A stretch of DNA of 64,000 nucleotides from the human T2T-CHM13v2.0 reference genome, Homo sapiens (GCF_009914755.1 NC_060931.1), one strand, 5' to 3'; numbered from the stretch's first letter, positions 15,105-28,947 are shown. Notes: a model not told the origin generated them from the sequence alone. A program made the numbers and translations.

Positions 15105-15896
15105 AAAAATGTTTAAAACTGACAAATAATAATTGCATATATTCATGGGGTCCATCATGATGTTTTGATATACATATACACATATGGAATGCTTATATCA
15201 AGATAGTTAACATATATATCACCTCACAGACTTATGTTTGTGGGTGTGTGGTACAAATATTTAAAATCTACTCTCTTAGCAATTTTTGAAACATACTTTA
15301 CATTATTAAATATAGTCACCATGTTGTGCAATTGATCTCAAAAACTTATGCCTCCTGTCCAATGAAATTTTATATCCTTGTACCAACATCTCCCCAACCC
15401 ACCCCCAACCATCCCTGAGCTAGTCTCTGCCTCTGTAATTTTGACTTTTTAAGATTCTACACAAGTGACATAATGTGGTATTTGTCTTTCTGTGCCTGGT
15501 TTATTTCATTTAACACAATGTCCTCCAGGTTCATTCATGTTGTCACAATTGACAGACTCTCCTGCTTTTTTAAGGCTGCATAGTATTCCATTGTGTGCAT
15601 ACACCACACGTTTCTTATCCATTCATCTGTGGATGAGCACAGGGAATGTTTCCATATCCTGGCCATCCAGAACAGTGCTGCAGTGAGCATGGGAGTGCAG
15701 ATGTCTCTTTGACAAGCTGATTTCAGTTCCTTTGGTTCTAAACCCAGAAGTGGGATTGCTGGATCATCCAGTAATTCTATTTTGGATTTTTTTTAAGGAA
15801 CCTCCACACTATTTTCCATATGGCTGTAAAACTCACATTCCCTCTAACACTGTGTGAGGGTTCCCTTCTCTCCACATCCTCGCCAACACTTGTTAT
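15105..15896 (-). mobile_element. L1MA-type 3' fragment
   Basis: Reverse L1 3' end (tatttgtctttctgtgcctggtttatttc...gggattgctggatcat...ccaacacttgttat); degenerate TSD tccatgttcattt / tccacattcactt. Confidence 0.88.
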
Positions 15897-16926
15897 GGTC
15901 CACATTCACTTTTCAAGGTGAAATCCATTCTCTGCACTCCCCTGCTTGAAAGCACTCGGCGTCAGTGCGTTGCTCCTTCCCTCACTTCCGGAGGCCCCTG
16001 ATCTGAACCTTCATCCATCCCTCCCCACACGGGTCTCAATTTTTCCTCCAGCCTTTCAGCCTCTTTTCTCTCCAGGGACTTTGCACCTGCTCTCACCTGT
16101 GCCTGGGTTGTCAGTGAGCTCCATTGCACCCTTCATTCCCAGCCCAGCTGCTGCCTTCTCAGGAGAGACACCTTCCCAGACCTCCTTCACCCACGTGCAC
16201 CCCCACCCATCAGCCCCTTTCCCATTTCCTACAAAGTCAGGAGCATTCACATATCACCTGTTGCTCCTCTACCCACTGCCTCTTACCTCCACAAGAACAC
16301 AGCAGCAGCATGAATGGCCACTGAATCTCCAGCACGCAGCCCAGTGCAGGGACAGAGCAGTGGGTCCTGTGTTTGCTCAGCCTTTTCACCAGAATGTCAA
16401 TCACATCTGCTCTGCTCACCCCACCACACTCCATGTCTACCATCACATTCTATAAACACGCACCAAGGATATAACGCCTGGCCTAGCGGTTGGAGATGCA
16501 GAGACCAGACCTAGCCTTTCTGTTCCTCCTCTTAAGAAACTGAGCCCCTCATGGAGAAGTGAGGCAGACACATGAACATAAGTTTTGCAACAGAAGCACT
16601 TTTCACCAGGTAATGCTATGGGAGCAAAGAAGGAAGTAACGGAGCCTGGGGGAACTCAAGATGTTTTCTGAATGAACTTTTATCTCTGAGTAAGAAACAA
16701 GGGCGCATAGGCAGAGTCTGCCACCCCTTTCTCTCCTCTCCATTGGGCCTGTGGAGATGGAGTGGGCAGGCACATAATCTGTGGGAGCACAGTGTATTCA
16801 GGGGAGTTATACAGTTCCATAGGTCACAGCTGGGCCCAGGGTACACATGAGGGACAAGCCAAAAGTGAGACCGGAAAGCGAGTCGGGGCCATGCCCTGAA
16901 GAGCCTGCAATGTGGACTTATCCTGA

Positions 16927-17289
16927 TGCATCAGTCTGTTCTCATGCTGCTAATAAAGACATACCCAAGACTGGGTAATTTATAAAGGAAAGAGGTTTAA
17001 TGGACTCACAGTTCCACATGGCTGGGGAGGCCTCACAATCACGGCAGAAGGCAAAGGAGAAGTAAAGGCACGTCTTACACGGCAGCAGACAAAGACAGCA
17101 AGTGCAGGGGAACTCCCCTTTATAAACCATCAGCTCTTGTAAGCCCTATTCATTCTCAAGAGAACAACACAGGAAAGACCCACCCCCATGAATCGATTAC
17201 CTCCCACTGTGTCCCTCCCAGGACACTTGGGAATTATGGGAGCTACAATTCAGATGAGATTTGGGTGGGCACACAGCTAAACCATATCA
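16927..17289 (-). mobile_element. THE1B/C MaLR solo LTR
   Basis: TG...CA termini, THE1 motifs, perfect 5-bp TSD cctga (16922-16926 and 17290-17294). Confidence 0.93.
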
Positions 17290-17678
17290 CCTGACTACTG
17301 ACCTTTTTTAAAACTGTGAGTTCAAAGGACCTCAAACTGGGCTGTGGTGGGTGCCTGCTGGTGGGTGATGAGGAAAGGCTGGTCGTTATTTGCAGCCAAG
17401 GCTCTGGTCACACAGAATCAGACACAGGCTCAGCAGTGAGCAGCCTTGGCAGGCCTGGAATCCCAGGCTAGTTGTGCCTGTGATTGGTTCTGTTATCAGC
17501 ACACTTTTCATTTTGGATTCTTTTGGCCATCCCTCTCCTCATTAATGATGTCATCAAAGAAGGAACAGAGCATCACCTCAGGCCCGGTCTCTCCCACTTG
17601 CCTTCTTTGACACAAATACTTCTGACATCTTAGATTACGTGTCAGAGGGAACAAGGGTGGAGTCAAATTCGATCTTAT

Positions 17679-17844
17679 GTTTTTTTGGTTTTGTTTTTTA
17701 GACAGAGTCTCACTCTATCACCCAGGCTGGAGTGCAGTGGTGCAATCATGGCTCAGTGCAGCCTTGACCTCCTGAGCTTAAGCGTTCTCCCACCTCAGCC
17801 TCTGGAGTAGCTGGGACCGCAGGCGTGTGCCACCAGTCCCAGCC
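17679..17844 (-). mobile_element. Alu monomer (FRAM/AluJ right arm)
   Basis: T-rich tail, gacagagtctcactctatcacccaggctggagtgcagtgg...gcagccttgacctcctgagct; single arm only. Confidence 0.85.
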
Positions 17845-18516
17845 TCAAACCTAATCTTACATTGAATGTTTGTTATGTAAGCACACACACAGAGGTGTGC
17901 CACCACTCCCAGCCTCAAACCTAATCTTACATTGGCTGTTTGTTATGCAAAGGTTAAGAGCTGCAATGTGTACAGGCAGATGCCTGCACAGCACAGGTCC
18001 AGAGCCGAAGGGTCCCTGAGAAAATACCACGTGTCCCATGTCCATGCCACCAAATAAATACACGGTAGCAGACTGTTTTGATATGTCATGGGATCTTTGA
18101 AATATGAATGCCATGCCTTGTTAATCATGAAAACACCTTCTCTCATCTTACTAAAGCACGTTCCACCATGGGCACTGGCCCGACTTTGACAGAGTGTTGA
18201 AGGAAGAGCCCATTAGTCCTCCCCAGCCATATATCATACATGTCCAATTTTCTAGCCACTGACAAATGATCTTCATAAAATATGACTAAGTTGTCCAGGA
18301 AGCAAAATTTCTCCAGGTCTAGCCAAGAACAATATGAGAAATGCACAACCCCTTCCCGTCCGGGGCAGCTGCATTTCCAAGTGATTATCCATCAGCTACA
18401 GGTGACGCATCTCCACGTGGAGGAGACTGCGATTCCAGAAAGGCAAGGCCACATGGGTTCCGTGAGGCCCCGTAGAAGTGAACGTGGCAAAGAAGGGACA
18501 AAGAAGGGTGGGCAAC

Positions 18517-19100
18517 CGTATTGGTCAGGAATCTCCAGAGGGACAGATCTGTGGGATGTATGTGTATATGAAACGGAGCTTATTAGGGAGAATTGTCTCA
18601 CATGCTCACGAGGTGAAGTCCCACCATAGGCCATCTGCAAGCTCGGGAAGAGAGAAGCCGGTAGTGGCTCAGTCCAAGTCCAAAAGCCTCAAAACCAGGG
18701 AAGCTGACAATGCAGCCTTCAGACTGTGGCCAAAGGCTGGAGAGCCCCCGGCAAACCACTAGCATAAGTGCCAGAGTCCAAAGGCGGAGGAACCGGGAGT
18801 CTGATGTCCAAGGGCAGGAGAAGCTGAAAGAAGCATCCAGCACAGGATAAAGCAAGAAGCCAGAAGAACCAGCGAGTAAGCTTATCTTACCTTCTTCTGC
18901 CTGCTTTGTTCTGCCTGCACTGGCAGCCGATGGGATGGTGCCCACCCACACTGAGGATGGGTCTTCCTCTCCCAGTCCACTGACTCAAACGTCAGTCTCC
19001 TCTGGCAGCACCCTCACCGACACACCCAGAAATCACACATTACCAGCTATCTAGGCATCCTTCAATCCAATCAAGTTGACAACTAACATTCACCATCACG
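18517..19100 (-). mobile_element. MLT2A/B (HERV-L) solo LTR
   Basis: tattggtcaggaatctccagagggacaga...ccttcaatccaatcaagttgaca; perfect 5-bp TSD gcaac (18512-18516 and 19101-19105). Confidence 0.9.
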
Positions 19101-20125
19101 GCAACAGAAGAAAAATTGGAGAGCGGGGAGCTGGCCAGTGGTGCCCTGCGAGGCCAAGCAGGGGTGCACTTGTATAATTTGCACACTTATAATTTGACAT
19201 TTATAATTTCCCTCCTATACTCAATGAGGCCCTTGCTTAGAGGACCACCAACATCTAAATTCACTGCAGGATTTTCTCCCACAAGGAAAACCCAGATGTT
19301 TTAGGAGAACCTAATGCCATCAGTATGGCTGATGGAATGGAGTCGCTTCCTGCAATGAGCAGATGGTTTTAGGAACAGGACAGAAGGAAGAGGCTTGCTG
19401 AGTTGACTGCACTTCTGTCGGAATCAGCTTTCTCAGGAGATGCTCCCCTTGAGCTAAGCAGGGCAACCTTCCCCTTTGCAATCCCCACCCACAGACCCCA
19501 TTGGAGCAATAAGTATTGTGATCAGGGTACTCATTGGGGACAGTAATTAAATGTCTGTTTGGAGAACACAGGCTCCACAAGGCTAACCAGGCCAACCCTC
19601 TGACCCCACGGGGCTGGCCTCTGTGATTCAGAATGGGGGTATTACCCCAGGCCCTCAGAGGACACCCTGTTCACTGCTCTCAAAATCCGATCGCATGTTG
19701 AGTGGAACATGACACTGATTAGTATTCCATAAAATCCTGTGGATGGCTTAAAGTGGCCTGATTTTAGAGAACTATACTGTGCATGATGCACATTAAGAGA
19801 GGAACAGCAATGATTAAAGCATCAGGAAAAAGGAGCTGGAAGCAAAGCTAAGGGAGCTAGGGTTGTCTGACATGAAATAGAGAAACAGGAGGTTTTATAG
19901 TTGTCCATTCAGTTATCCTCTTGTGATTTTTTTGATCAATATGAAAGTGCACAGATATGAGACTTATCCTAAGGATGATACTAAAAAGTATGAAATGTTT
20001 TTCACACTCAAGCCGAGGAGACAACTTGAGAACAAGGAAAAACGCACATGGAAGAATGAAGTGGCCATCGAAGGGGCAAGTCTGTGGCTGAATGAGGGGT
20101 CCCCACAGAAACTAAAGAGGGGCTT

Positions 20126-20425
20126 GGCCGGGCACGGTGGCTCATGCCTGTAATCCCAGCACTTTGGGAGGCTGAGGCGGGCGGATCACCTGAGGTCAGG
20201 AGTTTGAGACCAGCATAGCCAACATGGTGAAACCCCATCTCTACAAAAATACAAAAATTAGCTGGGCGTATTGGTGTGTGCCTGTAATCCCAGCTACTCA
20301 GGAGGCTGAGGCGGGAGAATCGCTTGAACCCGGGAGGCAGAGGTTGCAGTGAGCCGAGACTGTGCCATTCATTGCACTCCAGCCTGGGCAACAAGAGTGG
20401 AACTCCATCTCAAAAGAAAAAAAAA
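20126..20425 (+). mobile_element. AluSp/Sq-like element
   Basis: Full dimer with ggcaacaagag; TSD agaaactaaagaggggctt / ggaagctaaggaggggctt. Confidence 0.95.
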
Positions 20426-20654
20426 TGGAAGCTAAGGAGGGGCTTTATGGAGACAGTACAATGTGTAAAGGCCCATCACCCATAGAGCCTCAAAGTCCTG
20501 ACAATCTGTGAGTGTGAGAATAGCTTCATCTTTGAGGTCCAAGTGCCTAGAAAATCTTGGAGGAGGCAGGAAATAGAAATCCAATGTTTACTGAATGAAT
20601 GAGTGACGAAGGAAGAAGTGAGTAAGACAGTAGGAGCAAGAAGTGTTAACATTC

Positions 20655-20964
20655 TTTTTTTTTTTTTTTTTTTTGAGATGGAGTATGGAGTTTCGCTCTT
20701 GTTGCCCAGGCTGGAGTGCAATGGAGCGATCTCGGCTCACTGAAACCTCTGCCTCCCAGGTTCAAGTGATTCTCTCACCTCAGCCTCCCGAGTAGCTGGG
20801 ATTACATGCACCCGCCACAGTGCCCAGCTAATTTTTGTATTTTTGGTAGAGATGGGGTTTCACCATGTTGACCAGGCTTGTCTACAACTCCTGACCTCAG
20901 GTGATCCGCCCGCCTCAGCCTCCCAGAGGGCTGGGATTACAGGCATGAGCCACTGCGCCCAGCC
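20655..20964 (-). mobile_element. AluSp/Sq-like element
   Basis: Poly(T), tttcgctcttgttgcccagg; TSD aacattcttt / aacactcttt. Confidence 0.95.
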
Positions 20965-21259
20965 CAACACTCTTTATATAAAGCTCCATGCAATGTCCTA
21001 GTTACAGAATGTAAAGGATTTTTTTGCCTGCATATTTCTTGCCTGTGACAATATTAAACATTGCTGATCACCCCTTTTCTGATAAGATTTCCTCACTTTG
21101 CTCCTCCACTTTCCCTTCTAAATGTCCTGCTTTGTTTACTCTTCTCTTTCCATTGTGTGGAATTGTACTGATGTGTGCTGAAAGAAAGAAGGAAAGAAAG
21201 AAGAAAGGGAGAGTAGGACAGGGGAAGGGATGGAAGGAGAAAGAGAAAGAGTGAAATCA

Positions 21260-22190
21260 CAAGTATTTACTGAGCTCTAGGCTCTAGCTGGATACTCGCA
21301 CAGTAAATAAGGCAGGTCTGTTCTCTTTGAGGTCTTTCCAGACTGCAGAGAAAGCTGCACAGACCATTTTAATACTGCGTTGTTTGTTGTGGTAGAATTA
21401 AGCACAGGATGAGGCTGGAGTGCACAGGATGAACAACTGATCTGAACTGGAAATTACAGAGGAAGCTTTCCAGAACACCACATGGCATTCAGGTTGGTGA
21501 GTGTCCAACTGGTCAGTTAGATACAAAGACCTGGAGACAAGAGGCGGACCTCTGGAGGGGTGGAAAGGCCGAAGAGGTAAACACAGGACCAACCACCGCT
21601 CCGTGAGGGGCACCGTTGGCAGGACCAGCAGCACGCTGCACGGTCACGGGGAGGTGAGCCTCGTTTGGGGTCTTGACGAGGAAGGGAAGGCTTCACAGCA
21701 GAGGTGGTTCGAGGCCTGTCTTAAAGGCCCAGCAGGCTTTTTGTTGATCAGCAAGTGCAGACAGAAGGGAAAGTCCATTTTAGAGAAAGCAGATCATCAC
21801 CAGCAGGTCACACCTGTGCGGTATGTGCAGTCTGTGTGGGAAATCTCCTGGATGGATGCGTGGGTTAACTGCTGGCGTGGGGAGGGAGGAGGCTGGAAAG
21901 GCATGTTGGGACCAGACAGAGAAAGATCACAAACCATTCTAGGGGACGTGGGGAGCATCTGCCAGCAGTGCGGAAGCCCTCGGAAGGCCAGAGCAGATGG
22001 TCTTGCCCCGAGTGTGGCTCCATGGAAAGGGACGGAGTAAAGGAGGGGAGGGAGGAGAGGAAGGGGTAGGCTTGAGAGGGTCCAGGCAACAATAGGTCTG
22101 GGAGACGGCGGAGGCTCCACTCACTGAAAGAGAAATGAAGTGGGGCAGAGGCTTGGCATGACGGGGGATGGGGCGAATCATCCAGAAAAG
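21260..22190 (-). mobile_element. Degenerate L2 fragments
   Basis: Starts aagtatttactgagctct (reverse L2 3' end), followed by purine-rich L2-like sequence; edges approximate. Confidence 0.5.
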
Positions 22191-22469
22191 TCTGTTGCAT
22201 GAGGCAGAGAGAAACAAAATTGCTATTCAGGAGCTGGAGAGGAGTTAAGAACAGAAGAAAAGGAAACAGGCAAAGACAAACAGGCAGGTGGTCTTCAATT
22301 CTATGTAAGGACTCAGAGAATAACTGGGATTTTTTTTTTCAGTGTATGTTCTAAGGGACTTTCAGTTTGTAAAAATAGCAGTTCTGGTAAAAAAATAAAT
22401 AAATAAATAAAAAATAAAACTCCCACTTCTACTCTGGAAGTTGATTTTGCTCTATTATAATCTAATCGA

Positions 22470-23357
22470 AACCTTTTCTGTGAACTCCAGATTCATACAT
22501 TTATTTCAGTATCCAATGGCATCTTAAACTTTACAAACCAAACATAACCCTAAACCTGTTCCTTTCTCAGCATTCCCAATCTAAAAACAATGGCACTCTA
22601 TACTTGCAGGGGCTGGGCCAGAAACCTGACTGTTATGCTCCCTAATATCCCACATGTGGTCTGTGGGTCAATCTTGGCAAGTCTCCTTGCAGAACACACT
22701 CTCAGTGCTTTCACCCACCACTGCCACCCGGGGCCACGCCAGCACCATTTCTTGACTCGATTACTGCAATAGCTTCTCAAACACCAACAACCATTCATCC
22801 CAGAGATCCATCTCAGATTAGGAGTCTCTTCCTTCACACCCTCCAGCAGCCACCCAGCTCACTTTGGTTAAAACCAAAATCCTTAAATAACCAACAGGCA
22901 CACATGGTCAGGTTCTTCTGACCACTCCTCAGCCACGATGGACTTCGTCATGCTCTTGCACAGACCACCCTCCCCGACCACCCCAGGGCCTTTGCACTTA
23001 TTCTGTATTCTCAAAATGCTCTTCCTCCAGCTGGCTGTGGTGGTTCACTCCCTTGCTTCATTTAGCTATTTGGGCAAATGTGAACTTTGCAACGTGACCT
23101 CTTGGCCACACTTTTAATAATTTTAAGCCATTTCCCTGACCCTCTATATTCATTCCCTGATTTTTTTCCTTTATAATTTATCACCATATAACATGTAATA
23201 ATTTTTACTGATTCATTTGCTTTTGTTCCCTATGCATTGGAATTCAAAGCCAAGGAAGGCAAGGTTTTTTGTTGCTCACTGCTGTATCCAAGTGCTTAAG
23301 AGAGTGTCTGGTGCCTGGAATATATCTGGCATTCAATCAATATTTATTTGTGAATGA
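22470..23357 (+). mobile_element. L2a 3' fragment
   Basis: ccccagggcctttgcactt...ttgctcactgctgtatccaagtgcttaagagagtgtctgg...caatcaatatttatttgtgaatga. Confidence 0.75.
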
Positions 23358-24155
23358 CGGGATTATTAGGAAAGTCTTCAATTTTATTTTTAATATGAAT
23401 GGACATTATTGCAATTCCACATAAAGGCAGGATAATAGAGTCGATTATCCTCTATTTTCCACTGAGTCATATGAGCCCCTATCCTTACATGGAGCAAACC
23501 TCCATTTTCTATCACTGAATTTCCATTTTTACTCTCTGCAAAATATGTGCCTATCTTCCTAAAAATCATAAATCTGTCCACTGCATCAGTATATTAGAAC
23601 AAATCCTGATGTGATTGTTTGCAAAACAAATTTAAAGGCTCTTTAGTTTCTGCCTGTATGAGCAGATTGGCATGATTTACTTTTAAAGTGTAGACATTTT
23701 ATGGGGCAAGAATGAGTTTAGATACTTGTTTTATTTATACAGACATTTAGAAGTGGACATTTACTAGTGCAAGTATCATTATCAATTTCTTTGCAGAGGA
23801 AAGGTTAAGGGAGTATATATCACTGCCAAATGCAGTAGCGATCATGGAGGCTCCCACAATAGGGCCATTCCTCTCTTTCTTCTCCTTCTTGACTTGGATC
23901 CTGAAATGCAGGCAAACTATAGATATCCACCCTTCTTCTGCCCTCAGTAACATAAAGAGATGGGGCACATCACCCTGTGGCAAGCAGAGCCAATCCCTGG
24001 AGCTCAATGCTGTAAGCAAAAAGCTGAGCAAGTCCCTAGGAGATCTGTCTCCAGACCATAGTGTGTTAGACAAAGTCTTTGTTTCCTTCTTGGAGGCCCC
24101 TCTAATTACCTGCCTAGACCTGAGTCTCACTTTATTAATTAAATCTCCTGAAACT

Positions 24156-25020
24156 TTGTGATTTTAAAAAAGATGACCGCAAATTCTTTGATACCTGTAT
24201 TAGTCCATTCTCACACAGCTAATAAAGACATACCTAATACTGGGTAATTTATAAAGAAAAGAGGTTTAATTGACTCACAGTTCAGCATGGCTGGGGAGGC
24301 CTCAGGAAACTTACAATCATGGCAGAAGGGGAAGGAAATATGTCCTTCTTCACACAGCAGCAGGAAGGAGAAGTGCTGAGCAAAAGGGGAAAAGCCCCTT
24401 ATAAAACCATCAGATCTCGTGAGAACTCACTATCATGAGAAAGCATGAGGGTAACCATCTCCACGATTAAATTACCTCCCACAGGGTCCCTTCTCCAACA
24501 TAATCCAACAGGATTATGGGAGCTACAATTCAAGGTGAGATTTGGGTGGGGACACAGCAGAACCATATCAATACCTCTCCCTTCAAGAGGTGGAGCCTTG
24601 TGTCTGGGCTGGATTTTATGAATTGCTCCTAATGTATGTGGCAGAAGTGAGTGAGCACAACCCATAAGACTAGATCACAGGAAGGGGCTGCGCTGCTGTC
24701 TCCACCAACCTCCCTCCCACCACTCCCTCAGTCACTTGTTCTGGGAGAATCCAAATGCCACATGATGAGGAAGGGCCTACGTGGCTAGCACCCAAGGCCT
24801 CCTGCCAGAGGCCACATAAGAGAGCCTGGACGTTGCCCTGCTGCCTCCACAAGCCCCCAGGTGACAGCTGCCTCAGCCAGCACTAGCTGCGTGCTCCTGG
24901 AAGGCCTGAGCTAGAGTACCAGCCAGTCTGCTCCCAGATCCCTGCTACCCAGACCCTGTGGGTAACAAATGTGCGTAGTTTTAAGCCACTAAGTGTTGGG
25001 GTAATTTATTACATAAGTGT
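24156..25020 (+). mobile_element. MLT1F/G-like MaLR LTR, split by a THE1 insertion
   Basis: aagatgaccgcaaattctttgatacc|tctcccttcaagaggtggagc at the 5' end; ttttaagccactaagtgttggggtaattt at the 3' end. Confidence 0.7.
24196..24570 (-). mobile_element. THE1D/C-like MaLR solo LTR
   Basis: tgtattagtccattctcac...accatatca; perfect 5-bp TSD atacc (24191-24195 and 24571-24575). Confidence 0.93.
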
Positions 25021-27185
25021 CTAATTTCATCTTCAAATAGTGATAATCCTGTATTTTAAATACATAATAATTCTGTTTAGCAAAATCATCTGGAGTACAG
25101 AGGAATTCGATCATCTGTTTTACATTCTCAAGTTTACTGAGCATGTCCAGTGTGAAGCCCTGTCCAGGTATGCTGGAGCAATAGCGTTCAATCAGACGGG
25201 TCCTGCCCTCAAAGGGCTCGCAGCACGGCGGGAGAGTGGAGGTGTGCCCTGCACATAGAGGCCTCGGAACAAGCGATCATTGCTGCTGCTCCTGCTGTTG
25301 TCAGACTCAGCCTCTTCTTTCATGGGATGGGCCAAAATAAGCCCACTTATGAGGGTGTTTGTAGGACCCTGGCTTTGTAAACTCTGGTAGGAGACTGAGT
25401 GGCCGCCTGACTGTGGATATGTAGTTGGCTGGTTCCAGGTACACCCAGGCTACAGCAAAGGGAGTGACTCACATTGCAGGAAAAACTGACGAGACTGCTA
25501 GGAGGCCAGCAAGGGGAGGCTGGGCATCCTCCAAAGCAGGCTGTGCAGTGTGGAGACAGGCAGCTGCAGTGAACGCCAGGTCCATCCCATCACCTCTACC
25601 TACAAGGGGAGCACACGGTGAATACCCAACAAAACCGTGGGTCTTTCCTCTCAGAGTCTGATCCATTTCTTGAGCCAGCCTTGCTACACAACCATAACTA
25701 CTAATACCTGGTTTTCTAAAAATATAAATCACGTTGACCTTTGCTGTTGTTGTTATAAATATAATTGATGTTAATAGTGAAACATCTGGAATAATATAGA
25801 AAGAATAAACTAGAAATCATTTAATCATAATTTCACACACAGAGACAGCCAATCTAGTATAGTCATTATACTATTTTTACTAGTATTTTTAATCTATTAT
25901 TTATAAGATTTGGTCTCTATATGTAGTTTTAGATTTTATTCTCCCACTGTTTTCACTTAATGTTGTAATATAGAGATTTTCTTACATAATAAAAAATCTT
26001 CCAAAGTATGATTTTAATTATGAAATATTTTATTATGCAGACATAGCACAAATACCAAGATTTAAAATGTTTTACTTTATAAACCAAAAGCATAAAGGTA
26101 TTGCCTCAATAGCATCTTATGCACACTAGCGATTTCCTTTTACTGACTTGCTTAACTGATCCATAATCATTCTTATATAAATACCCACTGTTGGCATTTA
26201 CCTCTTGCCATTTTCTAGAACTGGAATTACCAGGTTGATAACTGGAGAACTTTATCAAGTTAACTCAATGTCCCTGAAAAATTTTTCTTATCTGTATAAA
26301 GGGGACATGAGATTATTTACGGCATTTCACTATAATACACACTAAGTTGATAGCATGGGTAGATAAATCTTTGTGTGCATAAAAAGGCACAGTGAGGACA
26401 TAACCCAGATCCCACTCGCTTTCCACGACACCCAGCTGCCTTCTTGTTCTAATTCATGTAAATCATTAAGGGTATTTTAAAAGGTTCTAATGTTGCCTCT
26501 GAAGTCAGCCCCACCCAAGCTATAACCTGGGCAACAGGGGAAACCGGGGGCGATGTCACACCTCAGCTCTGTTCCTTCCCCTTCCCAGCCCGCAGCTCCT
26601 GGGAGAGAAGCAGAAATCCAGTCCCCTCGACTCCCTGGTCTCGCCTGGAACTTAGCTCTCACCTGGGACTCAGCTCCCAGAGTGAAAGGGATTGTCCTGT
26701 AGCGTGAACGATGAGTGACACCCGCACCCTCCCTTGTAAATCTGCTCCAACAAGCTCTCCTCCAGGACGCTGTCTTTTCTGTGCTATCGAGCACAGCCCT
26801 GACATTACAGCTGGCCTTGCAGACATCACCAGACGACACCCAAGAAAAATGGCAGCGCCAGAGCCGTGAGCATCACAGGAGGTCTCAGGGACACGCCAAG
26901 GCCGCCTCCCAGGAAAAAGCAGAACACCGGAAAAGACCTTGTGAAGACTTCTTATCTTCCCCTCCAAATGGTGTCTCTTGCTTTGGCTCTTGTCGAGTTG
27001 GGGCTTGTTGGAAGACCAGGTGAAGGCCCAGCTGCTAAAGCTTCCCCTTTCTACTTCTTGTTACTCTATTACTCAATTAGGACTGGTGCTGATTTAGGGG
27101 AAAAACATTATTTGAAAACACAGAGGTTCCCTCTGCTTTGATCCTACACAGGCAGAGATATCTCCAAGCAGAGAGATCCAAAAAA

Positions 27186-27202
27186 GAGCGCCCCCTGCGG
27201 GA
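27186..27202 (-). promoter_or_regulatory. Candidate CTCF core motif
   Basis: Minus strand reads TCCCGCAGGGGGCGCTC, close to CCASYAGRKGGCRS, with CpGs retained; motif match only. Confidence 0.5.
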
Positions 27203-28947
27203 AACGTTCTTTTAATTTAGACTTTGCCGTTCCTCCTGTGGAGACGTTGTCACAGTTACAGTAGTGGGTGATACATCCCCAAATTTCTGCCACGTGCTCA
27301 GAGAGCTAAGGCATATCCCACACCCACGACAAGCTTACAGGTGTGAACCTGGGTCCAGGCAGGTGCCCTGTTCCTAACTCTGGTCTTGGACGTGTGATTT
27401 AAGCCAGGCCTCAGTTTCCTTGCTCACAGATGTGGATCCCAGGAGCTGCCTCAAATACTTGGAGGCATGAATGGTTCTAAATCACGCATGCCATGCCTGA
27501 CACATTAACCCCCCATTCTCTTCACTGTGCAGGGTGAAACAACAGACAGCAACCCAGCCTGGGCAGCACATGTCCTGCACCTGGGCTGTGCAGATACTGA
27601 GAGCTCCCTGCCTGGAGTGGAAATTCCTGCAGCATGCATGCAGAAAGGAGATGGCCAGGAAGTCCCAGGAAGATGTAGAAAGTAGAAAGGGAGGCAAGAG
27701 CGAGGAGTTCTCATTTGGGAGAAAGGCTCACCAGTGAGGCAGGAAGTGACCTTTGGAAACATGCGAGAACCAACGTGCATGGGTCCTCACCAACTTACTC
27801 TCAGCAGCGAGGCCTGCCAACAAGAAGGCATAGGCTCACCAGCTGCACACGGCTAATGCTCACCCAGCACCACCCTGCCTGTCCGTGCATCTGCTGTGCA
27901 CGTCAGAGGTCAACTACACGTCCCAGTGGTAGCCATATGAGGACAGTGCTGGTCCCAGAGAACAACACTGATATAAGACCCAGAGACTGGAAATCTGCCA
28001 CTCCACACTCCTTCCCTCAGAGAAGGTAAGAAATGAGAATTTTATACCCTCTCCAGCTCTGAACATGCCTCCTAGCCATGCCTCTTCTTCACAACTGTGA
28101 GATCACCGCAAACATAATGCAGCACACAGAGCCTGAATCCTTATTTCCAGATAACATGAGCAGAAACATGCAGCTCTCTCTGCGCCGAACCAAGTCCCAG
28201 TGACTATATCACACCACACCAAATCACACAGACGTGGAAAACTCCACCAGGGCCAGCACTCTTCCCTAAGAACTCAACTGCCTGCATGCAACGGTGCTAA
28301 CTTTCCCTTGAACAATCCGACAGAGCCGCGTGTTGATGGGAACGTCCCCTGACCTTTCAATCAATGTTTATGAATTTGTATCGCAAAGCATCCCGGGAAA
28401 CTGTGCATGCTAACTGGCCCGAGGATGATCTTGCATCTATTATGAAGCGAATGGCCCATTCCTCAAGGAGGAGTTCTCCCGGGGATACCGTCTGTCTAGC
28501 TAGGATTCAATATACATATTTTGTATACCTGTATTTTATATAGATAATTTCTAATCATTTTAATTGTTCAACATTCTTACCCCAGAGCCTCCCTTTTCAG
28601 ACTTAGAAATTGCTGCAGAAAACCTCATTCTTCTATGCCAGCAGGAATTAAAGGAAACACCCTTGGCCCAAACATGAAAGGAACTTTAATAGGAAACACA
28701 CTGTAATGGGCACACACAGGACCCAGGGTGGGAAGGACGCGTGGCGGGATCCCCCTACCCACACCCACACCACACGTGCCACACAGCCATGCCGTGGCTC
28801 ATCCCAGGGTTCTGCCGATCAGCCAAAGCGCCTCCCTGCCTCACGCCTGCATTTACTAACTTCAGAAGACAGGACTACCAAGTGGAAAGAAGTTGAGGTA
28901 GGGAGATGTAGTGGCTCCAAGTGGTGGGGGCACAGCCTCAACAGAAG

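Noticed and set aside
15946-16455. 169-aa Pro/Ser-rich ORF (also the 179-aa ORF at 21501-22040)
   Set aside because: Non-ATG starts, located in degenerate L2-like or pyrimidine/purine-biased sequence, with no recognisable domain or exon structure.
17015-17035. PRDM9 hotspot 13-mer in THE1 LTRs
   Set aside because: The minus strand reads CCTCCCCAGCCAT here and at ~24287-24299, the consensus form rather than CCTCCCTNNCCAC.
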